A stretch of DNA of 53,700 nt from Acidimicrobiia bacterium. GTDB lineage: Bacteria; Actinomycetota; Acidimicrobiia; Spongiisociales; UBA11373. Of this stretch, positions 18,966 to 28,554 are shown in pieces (the stretch's first letter is position 1; each line of letters begins with the position of its first letter). The stretch lies in contig JBBDMM010000001.1 of NCBI GenBank assembly GCA_040878325.1, positions 124,001 to 177,700 of the forward strand, read 5' to 3'. Under the pieces are notes generated by a model that did not search any database, was not told the origin of the DNA, and was given only the letters and a program-made list of their open reading frames with translations. A program made the translations under genes and the position numbers.

Positions 18966-20066
18966 TCAGTCTTCCGGAATGTCGTCGATGGAGATTTTCT
19001 CCACCGAACCCTTGGTTTTCGCCGGGGCGACGGTCTCGTCGTCGGATTCCACATCATCCTCGTCGAACGACTCCATCACCTTGCCGGCGAGACCGACCGC
19101 CTCGAGCACTCGGGCCTGGAGTTGCATGGCGACCTCCGGGTTCTCCTTGAGGAAGCGCTTGGCGTTCTCCCGACCCTGGCCCAGCTGATCGTCCTCGTAC
19201 GTGTACCAGGCGCCGCTCTTACGGACCACGTCCTGCTCCACCGCCACGTCGAGGAGGCTTCCCTCCCGGGAGATGCCGGTGCCGAACATGATGTCGAACT
19301 CGGCCTTGCGGAAGGGCGAAGCCACCTTGTTCTTGACCACCTTGGCGACCACCCGGTTGCCGATCGATTCCTGGCCGTCCTTGATCGTCTGGATACGACG
19401 GACCTCGATCCGCACCGACGAATAGAACTTCAGGGCGCGACCACCGGGGGTTGTTTCGGGAGAACCAAATAGGACGCCGATCTTCTCGCGGATCTGGTTG
19501 ATGAAGATGGCGGTGGTGTGTGAGCGGTTGATCGAGCCGGCCAACTTGCGCAGCGCCTGCGACATCAGGCGGGCCTGGAGGCCCATGTGGGTGTCGCCCA
19601 TCTCGCCTTCGATCTCGGCCCGGGGGGTGAGGGCGGCCACCGAGTCGATGATGATCACGTCGAGCGAGCCCGAACGGATCAGCATGTCGGTGATCTCCAG
19701 GGCCTGCTCCCCGGTGTCTGGCTGCGAGATCAGCAACTCGTCCACATCGACCCCAAGGGCCGAGGCGTAGCTCGGATCGAGAGCGTGCTCGGCATCGATG
19801 AAGGCGGCAATACCCCCGTTGCGCTGGGCTTCGGCGGCGATGTGGAGCGCGAGGGTCGTCTTTCCGCTGCTCTCAGGTCCGTATATCTCGACGATCCGAC
19901 CGCGGGGAACGCCTCCGATACCCAATGCGAGGTCGAGCGACAGGGCACCCGTCGGGATCGCCTCGATCTTCACGATGTTGTCGGTGCCGAGCCGCATGAT
20001 CGCGCCCTTGCCGAACTGGCGCTCGATCTGCGAGAGGGCCATCTCGAGGGACTTGTCTCGTTCCAC
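18966..20066 (-). CDS. recA: Recombinase A
   Basis: [38 protein letters not shown]; no intein. Confidence 0.99.
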   Translation of the reverse strand: MERDKSLEMALSQIERQFGKGAIMRLGTDNIVKIEAIPTGALSLDLALGIGGVPRGRIVEIYGPESSGKTTLALHIAAEAQRNGGIAAFIDAEHALDPSYASALGVDVDELLISQPDTGEQALEITDMLIRSGSLDVIIIDSVAALTPRAEIEGEMGDTHMGLQARLMSQALRKLAGSINRSHTTAIFINQIREKIGVLFGSPETTPGGRALKFYSSVRIEVRRIQTIKDGQESIGNRVVAKVVKNKVASPFRKAEFDIMFGTGISREGSLLDVAVEQDVVRKSGAWYTYEDDQLGQGRENAKRFLKENPEVAMQLQARVLEAVGLAGKVMESFDEDDVESDDETVAPAKTKGSVEKISIDDIPED

Positions 20067-20096
20067 CTTCGGACTCCTTTAGTGATGATGCGGCTG

Positions 20097-20118
20097 ACGC
20101 TACGCCGGGCCTGTGACA
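20097..20118 (-). promoter_or_regulatory. RecA-NDp (PafBC-type) proximal recA promoter
   Basis: TGTCAC-N10-TAGCGT. Confidence 0.65.
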
Positions 20119-20166
20119 CATCCGGGAGAGAATTACATCAATGGTATCTCACTCGGGCTGTCGGTG

Positions 20167-20195
20167 ACAGTAGACGAACACATGTTCGATTACAA
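20167..20195 (-). promoter_or_regulatory. Distal recA promoter with a LexA box in the spacer
   Basis: TTGTAA-N17-TACTGT enclosing CGAACACATGTTCG (20175-20188). Confidence 0.85.
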
Positions 20196-20203
20196 GGAGT
20201 CAG

Positions 20204-20355
20204 GCAATTCGCGATACGCAATACCGCAATACGCGACGCGTCGTATCGCGTTCGAAGGGCCAGCCAACTCCGTCGGATTGGCGCGTCCTGAACAAGGACA
20301 GGTTCGTTGGGAAAATCACTCCCGGCGCGTAGCGCATTGCGCATCGCGCATTGCG
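20204..20355. repeat. Inverted heptamer arrays
   Basis: GCAATTC GCGATAC GCAATAC C GCAATAC (from 20204) and GCGTAGC GCATTGC GCATCGC GCATTGC (20327-20355). Confidence 0.8.
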
Positions 20356-20362
20356 GGTTTCT

Positions 20363-20899
20363 TCAGAGGGCGAACTCGTCCACTATCGAATAGCTGGCGC
20401 CTCCCCGTCCCAGGCGGCTCTGGAAGAGGGTGATTCGGTCGACTTTCATGGGGACGTTGGCCAACGGCTCGCCACCAACCACCAGGCTCACGTCCTCGGG
20501 CGGCCGAATCCGGGCGATCGTTAGGTGGGGGCGGAAGGGACGATCCTCGGGAGGAAATCCGGCATCCTCGAGAGCCAGTTCCGTCGCCATCCACAGAGAG
20601 CGCAACTCGTCGGCGCCCCGAGGGACTCCCACCCACAACACCGAGGCGCGTGCCGGACGGGGAAACGCCCCCAACCCACCCCAGGTCACGCTGAACGGAC
20701 CGCCCAGGTCGGCCGTGTCGAGCGAGTGTCGAATCCGGTCTACCTCGACCTCGCCGACCTCACCGAGGAAGCGCAAGGTGAGATGCCATTTCTGCGGGTC
20801 GACGGCGCCGCCCGGAATCTCGGGAACCCGCTCGGCCACCACATGGGCCAGCCGGTGGCGGGTCTCCTCATCGAGGGGGACCGCCACGAACACCCGCAT
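20363..20899 (-). CDS. thpR: RNA 2',3'-cyclic phosphodiesterase
   Basis: MRVFVAV, two HxT motifs (WHLTL, PHLTI), GAFP. Confidence 0.92.
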   Translation of the reverse strand: MRVFVAVPLDEETRHRLAHVVAERVPEIPGGAVDPQKWHLTLRFLGEVGEVEVDRIRHSLDTADLGGPFSVTWGGLGAFPRPARASVLWVGVPRGADELRSLWMATELALEDAGFPPEDRPFRPHLTIARIRPPEDVSLVVGGEPLANVPMKVDRITLFQSRLGRGGASYSIVDEFAL

Positions 20900-22149
20900 C
20901 AGTTCGGCCACCACTCCCCCGTCACCGCCAGTCGCAGGAGATGGAGTGCAGTCGTCGTGCTGTAGGCGCGGACCCGCTCCCGATCCCCGGGGAAGGTGAG
21001 CATTCGCGCCTGCGCCCGCTCGGGGGTGCGCACTGCGAAGACCATGGTCCCCGGCCGGTGTTCGAGCGGGTCCGGCCCGGCCGACCCGGTCACCGCTACC
21101 ACGACATCTGCCCCGAGTCGCTCTGCAGCCCCTGCGGCCATCGCCAGGGCCGTCTCCTCGCTGACCAGTCCGTGATCGTCCATCAGGCCGGCCGGCACCC
21201 CGAGCAGCGCCTCCTTGGCACCGCGGGTGTATGCCACCACCGAGCCACGGAACGTTTCGGAGGCGCCGGGCACCGCCGTGATTGCCGCCGCCACCAGGCC
21301 CCCGGTCGCCGACTCAGCAGTGGCGAGCGACCAGCCGCGCTCGGCGCACCGGGCCAGGACGATCCGCTCCACAGTGTCCTCATCGGCCCCGAAGACCATT
21401 CGACCGAGACGCCGGCGGATCTCGGCATCGATCGGATCGATGAGGCGCGCTGCTTCCTCTCTCGTTTCGGCGCGGGCCGTGAGCCGCAGCTTGATCTCCC
21501 CGCCCGAAGCGAGAAAGGCGAGCGTCGGGTTCTCACCCTGCTCGTACAGGTCGGCGAGGACCACCGCGATCCGCGACTCCGACTCACCCCAGGTCCGCAG
21601 CAGGCGGCTGGCGATGACGCCGCGGTCGTCACCCGCCCGGGCGGCGAGGAAGGGGATCACGTCGGAGTGGAGCATCGGGCGCATCTCCTCGGGGACCCCG
21701 GGAAGGGCGAACACCCAGCAAGACCCGATCTGCATCCGCAGTCCCGGTGCGGTCCCTTTCGGATTGGGGATCAGCACCGATCCTTCGGGATGCTCGGCCT
21801 GACGCAGGTTGGTTTCGGGCATTTCCCGGCCGCGCCGCGCCCAGATAGCCCGCAGGCGCTCAGCGTGCTCCTCGTCGAATTCCATCGCCACCCCGGCGCA
21901 CACCGCCAGGGCCTCACGGGTGAGATCGTCCTGGGTGGGGCCGAGACCGCCGGTGATCACCAGGGCGTCCGAGCGGCCGACCGACTCGGCCACCGCCGCG
22001 GTGAGGCGCGGCAGGTTGTCGCCGACGACGCCCTGCCGGTAATGGGTGAGCCCGGCGTCGGCGAGGAGGCTGCCGATCTCCGCACCGTTGCCGTTGACGA
22101 TCTGACCCAAGAGGAGCTCGGTGCCCACGGCGAGGACTTCGACGATCAC
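20899..22149 (-). CDS. cinA: CinA competence/damage-inducible protein with NMN deamidase domain
   Basis: VGTELLLGQIVN, TGGLGPTQDDLT, LPGVP, AESATGG; GTG overlaps the rimO stop. Confidence 0.93.
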   Translation of the reverse strand: MIVEVLAVGTELLLGQIVNGNGAEIGSLLADAGLTHYRQGVVGDNLPRLTAAVAESVGRSDALVITGGLGPTQDDLTREALAVCAGVAMEFDEEHAERLRAIWARRGREMPETNLRQAEHPEGSVLIPNPKGTAPGLRMQIGSCWVFALPGVPEEMRPMLHSDVIPFLAARAGDDRGVIASRLLRTWGESESRIAVVLADLYEQGENPTLAFLASGGEIKLRLTARAETREEAARLIDPIDAEIRRRLGRMVFGADEDTVERIVLARCAERGWSLATAESATGGLVAAAITAVPGASETFRGSVVAYTRGAKEALLGVPAGLMDDHGLVSEETALAMAAGAAERLGADVVVAVTGSAGPDPLEHRPGTMVFAVRTPERAQARMLTFPGDRERVRAYSTTTALHLLRLAVTGEWWPN

Positions 22150-23453
22150 ACGACCTCCGCCATCAGGTCCGATCCGTAAGTAGCGGTGACCCGGGCGCGC
22201 AGCCACTCGCCGGGGGATCCGCGGTCGAGCAGCACCACCCCGTCGATCTCGGGCGCTTCTCGATACGACCGCGCCACCGGCGTGCCGTCCTCCACCTGGT
22301 CGACGACCACATCCAGTACCCGACCGATCTGCTCGGCGCCGAGGCGAGCGGTGATCTCCTCCTGCACCTCCTGCAGCCGGCGGGTCCGTTCGGCGGCTTC
22401 CACGCCCTCGACCTGATCGAGCAGGTCGGCCGCCGGAGTCCCCTCCTCCGCCGAATAGGGGAAGAATCCCGCCCAGTCGAGTTCGGCGTCGACCAGGAAC
22501 TGCTCGAGCAGGTCGACATCTGCCTCCGTCTCCCCGGGGAACCCGACGATGAACGACGACCGGAAGGCGGCATCGGGAGCCGCCTGGCGGATCTGCCGGA
22601 TCAGCTCGAGGTGGCGGGCACCGTCGCCGGGTCGGCGCATCGCCCGCAGCAGGCGGCCCGACGCGTGCTGCAGGCTGAGGTCGAAATACTGCGTCACGAC
22701 CGGGTTCGAGGTCATCTCTTCGATCAGCGCCGGCGTGATCTCGCGGGGATACAGATAGAGCAGCCGAAGCGCTCGCAGGCCGCCGACATCCGACACGAAT
22801 CGCAGCAGATCGACGATCCCACCGGGGGCTTCGATGTCCCGCCCATACGCCGCCAGATCTTGTGCCACGAGCACGATCTCCCCCACCCCGGCGGCGGCCA
22901 AGCCGGCGATCTCCTCCCGGATCCCCACCGGCGGCCGCGAGCGCTGCTTGCCGCGGAACTGGGGGATGGCGCAGAACGAACAGGTCTTGTCGCAACCCTC
23001 CGCCACCTTCACGTATGCATAAGGCGTGGTGGGAGTGGGCCGGCGCACCTCGTAGAGGATGTCCATCGGGCTGATCCGCAGCCGCAGCGGCGACCAGCCG
23101 GTGAGCCGGTCGAGGTCGGCGATCAACTCCCCATACCGCTCCATGCCGAGCACGGCATCGGCTTCAGGCAGGGATTCGGCGAGTTCCGCCTGGTAGCGCT
23201 GGGCCATGCAGCCCAAGACGACCAGGCTGGCGTCGGCACGCTTCCGATCGGCATGCTCGAGGATCGTGTCGATCGACTCGCGCCGGGCCGCCTCGATGAA
23301 GGCGCAGGTGTTGACCATGACCACGTCGGCGGTCTCCGGTGACTCGGCAAAGACATATCCGGATTCGCCGAGCCGCGCTTCGAGCTTGTCGGAATCGACC
23401 TGGTTCTTGGCGCAGCCGAGCGTGGTGAGCCAGACGGACGGGGCGGCCTTCAC
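22146..23453 (-). CDS. rimO: Ribosomal protein S12 methylthiotransferase
   Basis: TLGCAKNQVDS, NTCAFIEAARRES, CDKTCSFCAIP, APEIDG. Confidence 0.95.
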   Translation of the reverse strand: MKAAPSVWLTTLGCAKNQVDSDKLEARLGESGYVFAESPETADVVMVNTCAFIEAARRESIDTILEHADRKRADASLVVLGCMAQRYQAELAESLPEADAVLGMERYGELIADLDRLTGWSPLRLRISPMDILYEVRRPTPTTPYAYVKVAEGCDKTCSFCAIPQFRGKQRSRPPVGIREEIAGLAAAGVGEIVLVAQDLAAYGRDIEAPGGIVDLLRFVSDVGGLRALRLLYLYPREITPALIEEMTSNPVVTQYFDLSLQHASGRLLRAMRRPGDGARHLELIRQIRQAAPDAAFRSSFIVGFPGETEADVDLLEQFLVDAELDWAGFFPYSAEEGTPAADLLDQVEGVEAAERTRRLQEVQEEITARLGAEQIGRVLDVVVDQVEDGTPVARSYREAPEIDGVVLLDRGSPGEWLRARVTATYGSDLMAEVV

Positions 23454-23965
23454 GGGGTCTCGCTCCGCAAGTAGCGGCCCCGGAAGTACTGCAGGGGCCG
23501 GCTCACGTCGGACAGATCGACGCGGTCGACGATCCCGTCGACCAGGGCGTAGATCTCGGTCTCGGTGTGGCCGCTGAAACGACAGAAGGCCCGGGTTTCC
23601 ACCGAAGGGATCAGCGGGCCCCAATCGGTATCGACCGGGTCGAGCCCGGCGAACAACCCTCCGGGGCTGGGGCGGATGCCGGCGAAGCGGTCCGAGATCT
23701 CGCGGTGGCTCTCCTCGAGCACGTGGACGATGAAATGGCCCGACGCCACGATGGCGCTCCACAGATCGGTGTTGGTGCCGCACAGGAAGATCACGTGGGA
23801 AGGCTCGCCCTCGGCAACGACCAGCGAGGACACGGTGAGACCACTGTGGTTCCCCGGTCCTCCGGCGGTGATCACCGTGACGGGCGCGGCGAGCCGGCCC
23901 CGGAATCGTCGAACCGGGTCACGCATGTCTTCGGGGTCCGCAAACGGATGCTCGTCGTGAATCAC
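23450..23965 (-). CDS. Flavin reductase-like protein
   Basis: RRFRGRLAAPVTVIT, GLTVSS, PLQYFRGRY; start chosen at GTG 23965 (the ORF-track extension runs through a repeat). Confidence 0.85.
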   Translation of the reverse strand: MIHDEHPFADPEDMRDPVRRFRGRLAAPVTVITAGGPGNHSGLTVSSLVVAEGEPSHVIFLCGTNTDLWSAIVASGHFIVHVLEESHREISDRFAGIRPSPGGLFAGLDPVDTDWGPLIPSVETRAFCRFSGHTETEIYALVDGIVDRVDLSDVSRPLQYFRGRYLRSETP

Positions 23966-23993
23966 GAGGGCAAACCGTAGCGACGGTGGAAGG

Positions 23994-24042
23994 AGCCAAG
24001 GGCCAAGAGTCAAGAATCAAGAGGTAGGCGGTAAGAGGCAAG
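23994..24042. repeat. Degenerate heptamer array, 7 units
   Basis: AGCCAAG GGCCAAG AGTCAAG AATCAAG AGGTAGG CGGTAAG AGGCAAG. Confidence 0.7.
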
Positions 24043-24110
24043 CGGACGCACTGAGGCGCAGCCGCTCTGGGGTGTTGCCCGGCGGGGCGGCCTCGGCGAT
24101 CATTCCACCA

Positions 24111-24881
24111 GTGCTTCTTCGCCAAGAACTCCGGGTCGCGCTCGAGGCCGCCGATGCCGCCGACGCGGTCACCGCGCTCAGATTTCGGGCGCACGACCTC
24201 GCCGTCGATGTGAAGTCCGACGCGACGCCCGTCTCCGAGGCCGACCGCAACGCCGAGCAGGCGATCCGCCGGGTGCTCGAGCGAGCCTTTCCCGCCGACG
24301 CGATCCTCGGTGAGGAGTACGGCGAGGAGACACGCGCCGGACGCCGGTGGATCGTCGACCCGATCGACGCCACGGTCAATTACATCCGGGGGGTACCGGT
24401 GTGGGGCACCTTGATCGCCCTCGAGGCCGACGGGGTTATCGTCGTCGGCGTGGTGTCGGCGCCGGCACTGGGCGCCCGCTGGTGGGCCGCCCGCGGCAGC
24501 GGAGCATGGCACAACGCCTCGAAGATCGCGGTGTCGTCGGTCGGTTCGCTCGCCGACGCCCACCTCTCCTTCAACTCGCTGCTGTCCTGCGAGGCAGCCG
24601 GCTTCGGGGATGAGGCACGAGAACTGTCCCGTCGTTGTGGCCGGACCCGGGGCTTCGGTGACTTCTGGTCGTTCATGCTGCTCGCCGAAGGCGCGGTCGA
24701 CGTGGTGGTCGAGCCGGTCGCCGCAATCTGGGATCTCGCCCCACTTCAGGTGATCGTCGAGGAGGCCGGGGGGCAGATGACCGATCGCTCCGGTCGCCGG
24801 GCGGTCGATGGCGGCAACGCGGTCGCCACCAACGGACTGCTCCATGACGCGGTGATGTCGATCGTTGGCTCAAAGGTTTGA
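24111..24881 (+). CDS. hisN: Histidinol-phosphatase (inositol monophosphatase family)
   Basis: KSDATPVSEAD, GEE, WIVDPIDAT, RTRGFGDFW, WDLA. Confidence 0.85.
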   Translation: MLLRQELRVALEAADAADAVTALRFRAHDLAVDVKSDATPVSEADRNAEQAIRRVLERAFPADAILGEEYGEETRAGRRWIVDPIDATVNYIRGVPVWGTLIALEADGVIVVGVVSAPALGARWWAARGSGAWHNASKIAVSSVGSLADAHLSFNSLLSCEAAGFGDEARELSRRCGRTRGFGDFWSFMLLAEGAVDVVVEPVAAIWDLAPLQVIVEEAGGQMTDRSGRRAVDGGNAVATNGLLHDAVMSIVGSKV

Positions 24882-24903
24882 CGGCGCCGCGAGCCGCGGT
24901 AGA

Positions 24904-25182
24904 TCAGGCCCGCTCGGCGGCGAGGTCGGCGACCGCTTGGAGCGGGCCCGGGCCGAGCGCCGCCGACAGCCGCTGCCAGCCCGACCGTGACACGGCGCCC
25001 GTCGCGGCGATCTCGGCGCCTGCGGACGCAACCGCCTCCATCAGCCCGGCGAACACCCCGACCTGGTCGAGCTCTGCGGCGCGTGCCGCTGCCTCCTGCG
25101 CCCGATCAGAATCACCGTCTGCCAGCGCCTGCAGCGCCTGCTCGGCGGCGGTCAACGCCCGGCGCTGCTTATGACCGTCCAC
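24904..25182 (-). CDS. Hypothetical helical protein
   Basis: 92-aa ORF starting 4 nt after the E2 stop, on the same strand. Confidence 0.6.
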   Translation of the reverse strand: MDGHKQRRALTAAEQALQALADGDSDRAQEAAARAAELDQVGVFAGLMEAVASAGAEIAATGAVSRSGWQRLSAALGPGPLQAVADLAAERA

Positions 25183-25186
25183 CGAT

Positions 25187-26320
25187 TCAGCCCCGCACTT
25201 CGATGGCGGCGATCACCGCGCCGAGGAACTCGCGCCCCAACGCCCCATCGATCACCCGGTGGTCGTAGGAGAGCGACAACGGCATCTCGCGACCGACCAC
25301 GATCTTCCCGTCACGCACCACGGGCCTCTCATCGGCCCGGCCCACCGAGAGGATGGCCGTGGTGCCGTAGGGAATGATCGGCGTGCCGTGGCCGCCACCG
25401 ACGGCCCCGATGTTGGAGATGGTGAAGGTTCCCCCGCGCAGCCGATCGCGGCCGATCGTTCGATCGCGGGCTGCGGCGGCGAGCTCGACGATCTGCTCCG
25501 CAACCTCCTCGATCCCCTGCCCTGGAACCCCACGGACGACGGCGACCATCAGCCCCTCGTTCGTCTCCACCGCGAAGCCCAGGTCGTAATACTTGCGGAG
25601 AACCAGGGTCTCGCCCTCGACCGACGCATTGAACGACGGATACTCAGCGAGCAATGGGGCGATCGCCACCATGAGGATGGCTTCGAGGGGAGTCTGCCGT
25701 CCGCTTGCCTCACCGATCCGGTACCGCTCGGCGAGGATTCCCGAGGCGTCCGCTGACCCGAAGGTGGTGACGTGAGGGATCTCCTGCCACGACCGGGTGA
25801 GGTTGCGGGCGATCGCCAGCCGGGTGGGCGACATCCGCACCCGTTCGACCGGTCCCGCGCTGCCGACCGCCGCTTCGACGTCCTCGCGGATGACCATCCC
25901 TCCCGGCCCCGTACCGGTGACGGCCGAGAGATCGACGCCCATGCTGGCCGCCAGCTTGCGCACCAGCGGCAGTGCCTTGGACCGGTCGCCGTCGGGAGCT
26001 TCCTCGAGGTTGCCGACGATGGGAGCGGCGGCCTTCACTTCGGCACGGCGAGGGGCAGTTGCCGTCGCAGTCCACGACTCGCCCTGCGCTCCGATCACCA
26101 CGAGGATCGCCCCAACCGGCAGCGTGGCCCCCTCGGCGGCACCGTGGTAGAGCACGAACCCGGCGTGGGGGGCGGGAATGTCGACCACGGCCTTGTCGGT
26201 CTCCAACTCGACGATTGGCTGGTCCAGGGCCACCGCGGCACCGACCGGCACCAGCCACCGCACCACCGTCGCCTCGGTCAGGCCTTCGCCGATGTCGGGG
26301 AGCCGGAATTCGTGTGCCAT
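25187..26320 (-). CDS. pdhC: Dihydrolipoamide acyltransferase (E2)
   Basis: FRLPDIGEG, lipoyl motif ETDKA, E3-binding PLVRKLA..GTGPGG, catalytic DHRVIDG. Confidence 0.92.
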   Translation of the reverse strand: MAHEFRLPDIGEGLTEATVVRWLVPVGAAVALDQPIVELETDKAVVDIPAPHAGFVLYHGAAEGATLPVGAILVVIGAQGESWTATATAPRRAEVKAAAPIVGNLEEAPDGDRSKALPLVRKLAASMGVDLSAVTGTGPGGMVIREDVEAAVGSAGPVERVRMSPTRLAIARNLTRSWQEIPHVTTFGSADASGILAERYRIGEASGRQTPLEAILMVAIAPLLAEYPSFNASVEGETLVLRKYYDLGFAVETNEGLMVAVVRGVPGQGIEEVAEQIVELAAAARDRTIGRDRLRGGTFTISNIGAVGGGHGTPIIPYGTTAILSVGRADERPVVRDGKIVVGREMPLSLSYDHRVIDGALGREFLGAVIAAIEVRG

Positions 26321-27294
26321 CAGCCTGCCAGTGTCCGTCGGGCGGCAGTCACGATGCGAGCAGGGCTGGGGATGTAGTGGTGCTCGGTGCGCTTGAGCGG
26401 CACCACGGTGTCCCATCCGGTGACACGCTCGACGGGGGCGAGCAGCGAGTAGAGCGCCTGCTCCTGGACGACCGCGGCGATCTCCGAAGCCAGTGAGGCG
26501 GACCGATGGCTCTCCACCACCGCCACCACCCGCCCGGTCTTGCGTGCCGATCCCACGATCGTGGCGTGATCCATCGGCGAGAGCGTACGGAGGTCGATCA
26601 GCTCCACCGACACTCCATCGGCTTCGAGCGTGTCGGCGGCGCGCCCGGCGTCGCGCAGCATCGCCCCATAGGACACCAGGGTGACATCGGCCCCTTCCCG
26701 CACCACCCTGGCCTCCCCGATCGGCACCGTGTAGTGCCCCGCGGGGACCTCCTCCTTGATGGCCCGGTAGACCCGGATCGGTTCGAGGAACACCACCGGG
26801 TCGGGATCGGCAATGGCCGACAGAAGCAGTCCCTTGGCGTCGGCGGGGGTCGCCGGGGCGACCACCTTGATGCCCGGGGTGTGGGCGAAGATCGCCTCCG
26901 ACGACTCACTGTGATGCTCGGCGGCGCCGATCCCACCGCCGAAAGGAATCCGAATGACCAACGGCGCGGTAAAGCGGTGGTTCGAACGGTTGCGGATCCG
27001 GCCGACATGGCTGACGATCTGATCGAAGGCCGGGTAGGCGAATCCGAGAAACTGAAGTTCGGCGACGGGGCGGAGACCGGCGATGGCCATGCCGAAGGCT
27101 GCCCCTACGATCCCCGACTCGGCCACCGGGGTGTCGATCACCCTCCCCCCGTGCCGCTCGTGGAGCCCGTCAGTGACCCGGAACACGCCGCCGGTGACCC
27201 CGACATCCTCGCCGAGGAGGACCACCCGGTCATCGGCGGCAAGGGCGACGTCGAGGGCGTCGTTGAGGGCTTGCGCCAGGTTCAACTCGCTCAC
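26320..27294 (-). CDS. pdhB: 2-oxoacid dehydrogenase E1 beta
   Basis: GEDVGVTGGVFRVTDGL, DTPVAESG, EHHSES, IDLRTLSP. Confidence 0.93.
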   Translation of the reverse strand: MSELNLAQALNDALDVALAADDRVVLLGEDVGVTGGVFRVTDGLHERHGGRVIDTPVAESGIVGAAFGMAIAGLRPVAELQFLGFAYPAFDQIVSHVGRIRNRSNHRFTAPLVIRIPFGGGIGAAEHHSESSEAIFAHTPGIKVVAPATPADAKGLLLSAIADPDPVVFLEPIRVYRAIKEEVPAGHYTVPIGEARVVREGADVTLVSYGAMLRDAGRAADTLEADGVSVELIDLRTLSPMDHATIVGSARKTGRVVAVVESHRSASLASEIAAVVQEQALYSLLAPVERVTGWDTVVPLKRTEHHYIPSPARIVTAARRTLAG

Positions 27295-28325
27295 CCTGGT
27301 TCGTCCCCTTGCAGGCGACGCTGGGCCTCGAGCGAACCGGGCGGCTTGGCATACATCCGATCGAACATCGCGTCGGCAGGGAACGGCTCCAGCCCTTCGG
27401 CCTGGGCGACGGCGGCCTCGATCTCGGTGGAGGCCGACTGCTCGATCGCCCCCTCCCAAGCCTCGTCCCATCCGCCGGCCGAGCGGAGGTGAGCCCTGAG
27501 CCGATCGATCGGGTCCTTCTTGCGCCATGCGTCGACGTCCTCGTCGGAGCGATAGCGCCCGGCGTCATCGGTGGTCGTGTGGGGACCGATCCGGTAGGTG
27601 AGGGCTTCGATCAGGGTGGGTCCCTCCCCCGCCCGTGCCCGCTGCACGGCCGTACGCGCCGCCGTCAACACGGCGAATATGTCGTTGCCGTCGACCAGAA
27701 CGCCCGCCATCCCGTAGGCGTCCGCCTTCTGGGCGATCGTCTCGGACGCCGTTTGGCGGCCGCGGCTCATCGAGATGGCCCATCCGTTGTTCTGACAGAC
27801 GAACACCGTCGGAGTGGAATACACGGCTGCGAAGTTCATCGCCTCGTGGAAGTCGCCTTCCGAGGTCGCGCCGTCACCGAAGAGGGTGAGGGCGATGCGG
27901 TCGCTGCCCTTCATCCGTTCGGCCCACCCCAATCCGACCGCATGGATCATGTGCCCGCCCACGGTTATCGACGGCGGCAGCACGTTCACGCCGGCCGGAG
28001 GGGCACCGCCACGCTCGTCGCCCATCCGACCCAAGAGCAGAGCCTCCCACGGGTAGCCGTGCATCCACATCGCCGCGGCGTCCCGATACGTGCCGACCAG
28101 CCAGTCGTCGGGACGCAGCGCCGCCACCGACCCGATCTGGGCAGCCTCCTGCCCTTCGAACTGCGCGTAGGTGGCCAACCGCCCTTGTCGTTGCAGCGCC
28201 GAGCCCTTGCGGTCGTAGACCCGGGCGGTGACCATCGCCGCAAAGAGCCGACGAGCCTCGTCGAGATCGACCGGAGAATCCCCGATCAACGACCCGTCGA
28301 CATCGAGGATGCGAAGCACTTCCAT
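27291..28325 (-). CDS. pdhA: 2-oxoacid dehydrogenase E1 alpha (pyruvate or branched-chain)
   Basis: LQRQGR, TPP motif FGDGATSEGDFHEAMNFA..QNN, PHTTTDD. Confidence 0.93.
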   Translation of the reverse strand: MEVLRILDVDGSLIGDSPVDLDEARRLFAAMVTARVYDRKGSALQRQGRLATYAQFEGQEAAQIGSVAALRPDDWLVGTYRDAAAMWMHGYPWEALLLGRMGDERGGAPPAGVNVLPPSITVGGHMIHAVGLGWAERMKGSDRIALTLFGDGATSEGDFHEAMNFAAVYSTPTVFVCQNNGWAISMSRGRQTASETIAQKADAYGMAGVLVDGNDIFAVLTAARTAVQRARAGEGPTLIEALTYRIGPHTTTDDAGRYRSDEDVDAWRKKDPIDRLRAHLRSAGGWDEAWEGAIEQSASTEIEAAVAQAEGLEPFPADAMFDRMYAKPPGSLEAQRRLQGDEPG

Positions 28326-28445
28326 TTGCACTGGCGGGATGGTATCTGGTCGGCCGGCTGCGCCGGCCTCCCGCGATGCGCCAGTCCCGCGGCTCGCGCC
28401 AGAGTGCCTCTCAAGGCATCTCAGGGTTGGTCGGGTCGCCGCTCG

Positions 28446-28533
28446 GCGCAATGCGCAATGCGCAATGCGCAATGCGACAGACGCGTCGACGGCGTGTGCT
28501 CGCGTTCCGTCGTATTGCGAATTGCGAATTGCG
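28446..28533. repeat. Inverted heptamer arrays
   Basis: (GCGCAAT)x4 at 28446-28477 facing CGTATTG CGAATTG CGAATTG CG at 28511-28533. Confidence 0.9.
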
Positions 28534-28554
28534 GGCCGAGCGGAGCGAGGCCTC

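Noticed and set aside
20899..22995. 698-aa CinA fusion and similar long versions of rimO, dut, E1/E2 and the sulfotransferase in the ORF track
   Set aside because: The extensions are out-of-frame overlaps with neighbouring genes; coupled GTGA/TGATG starts or leaderless starts explain the real genes.
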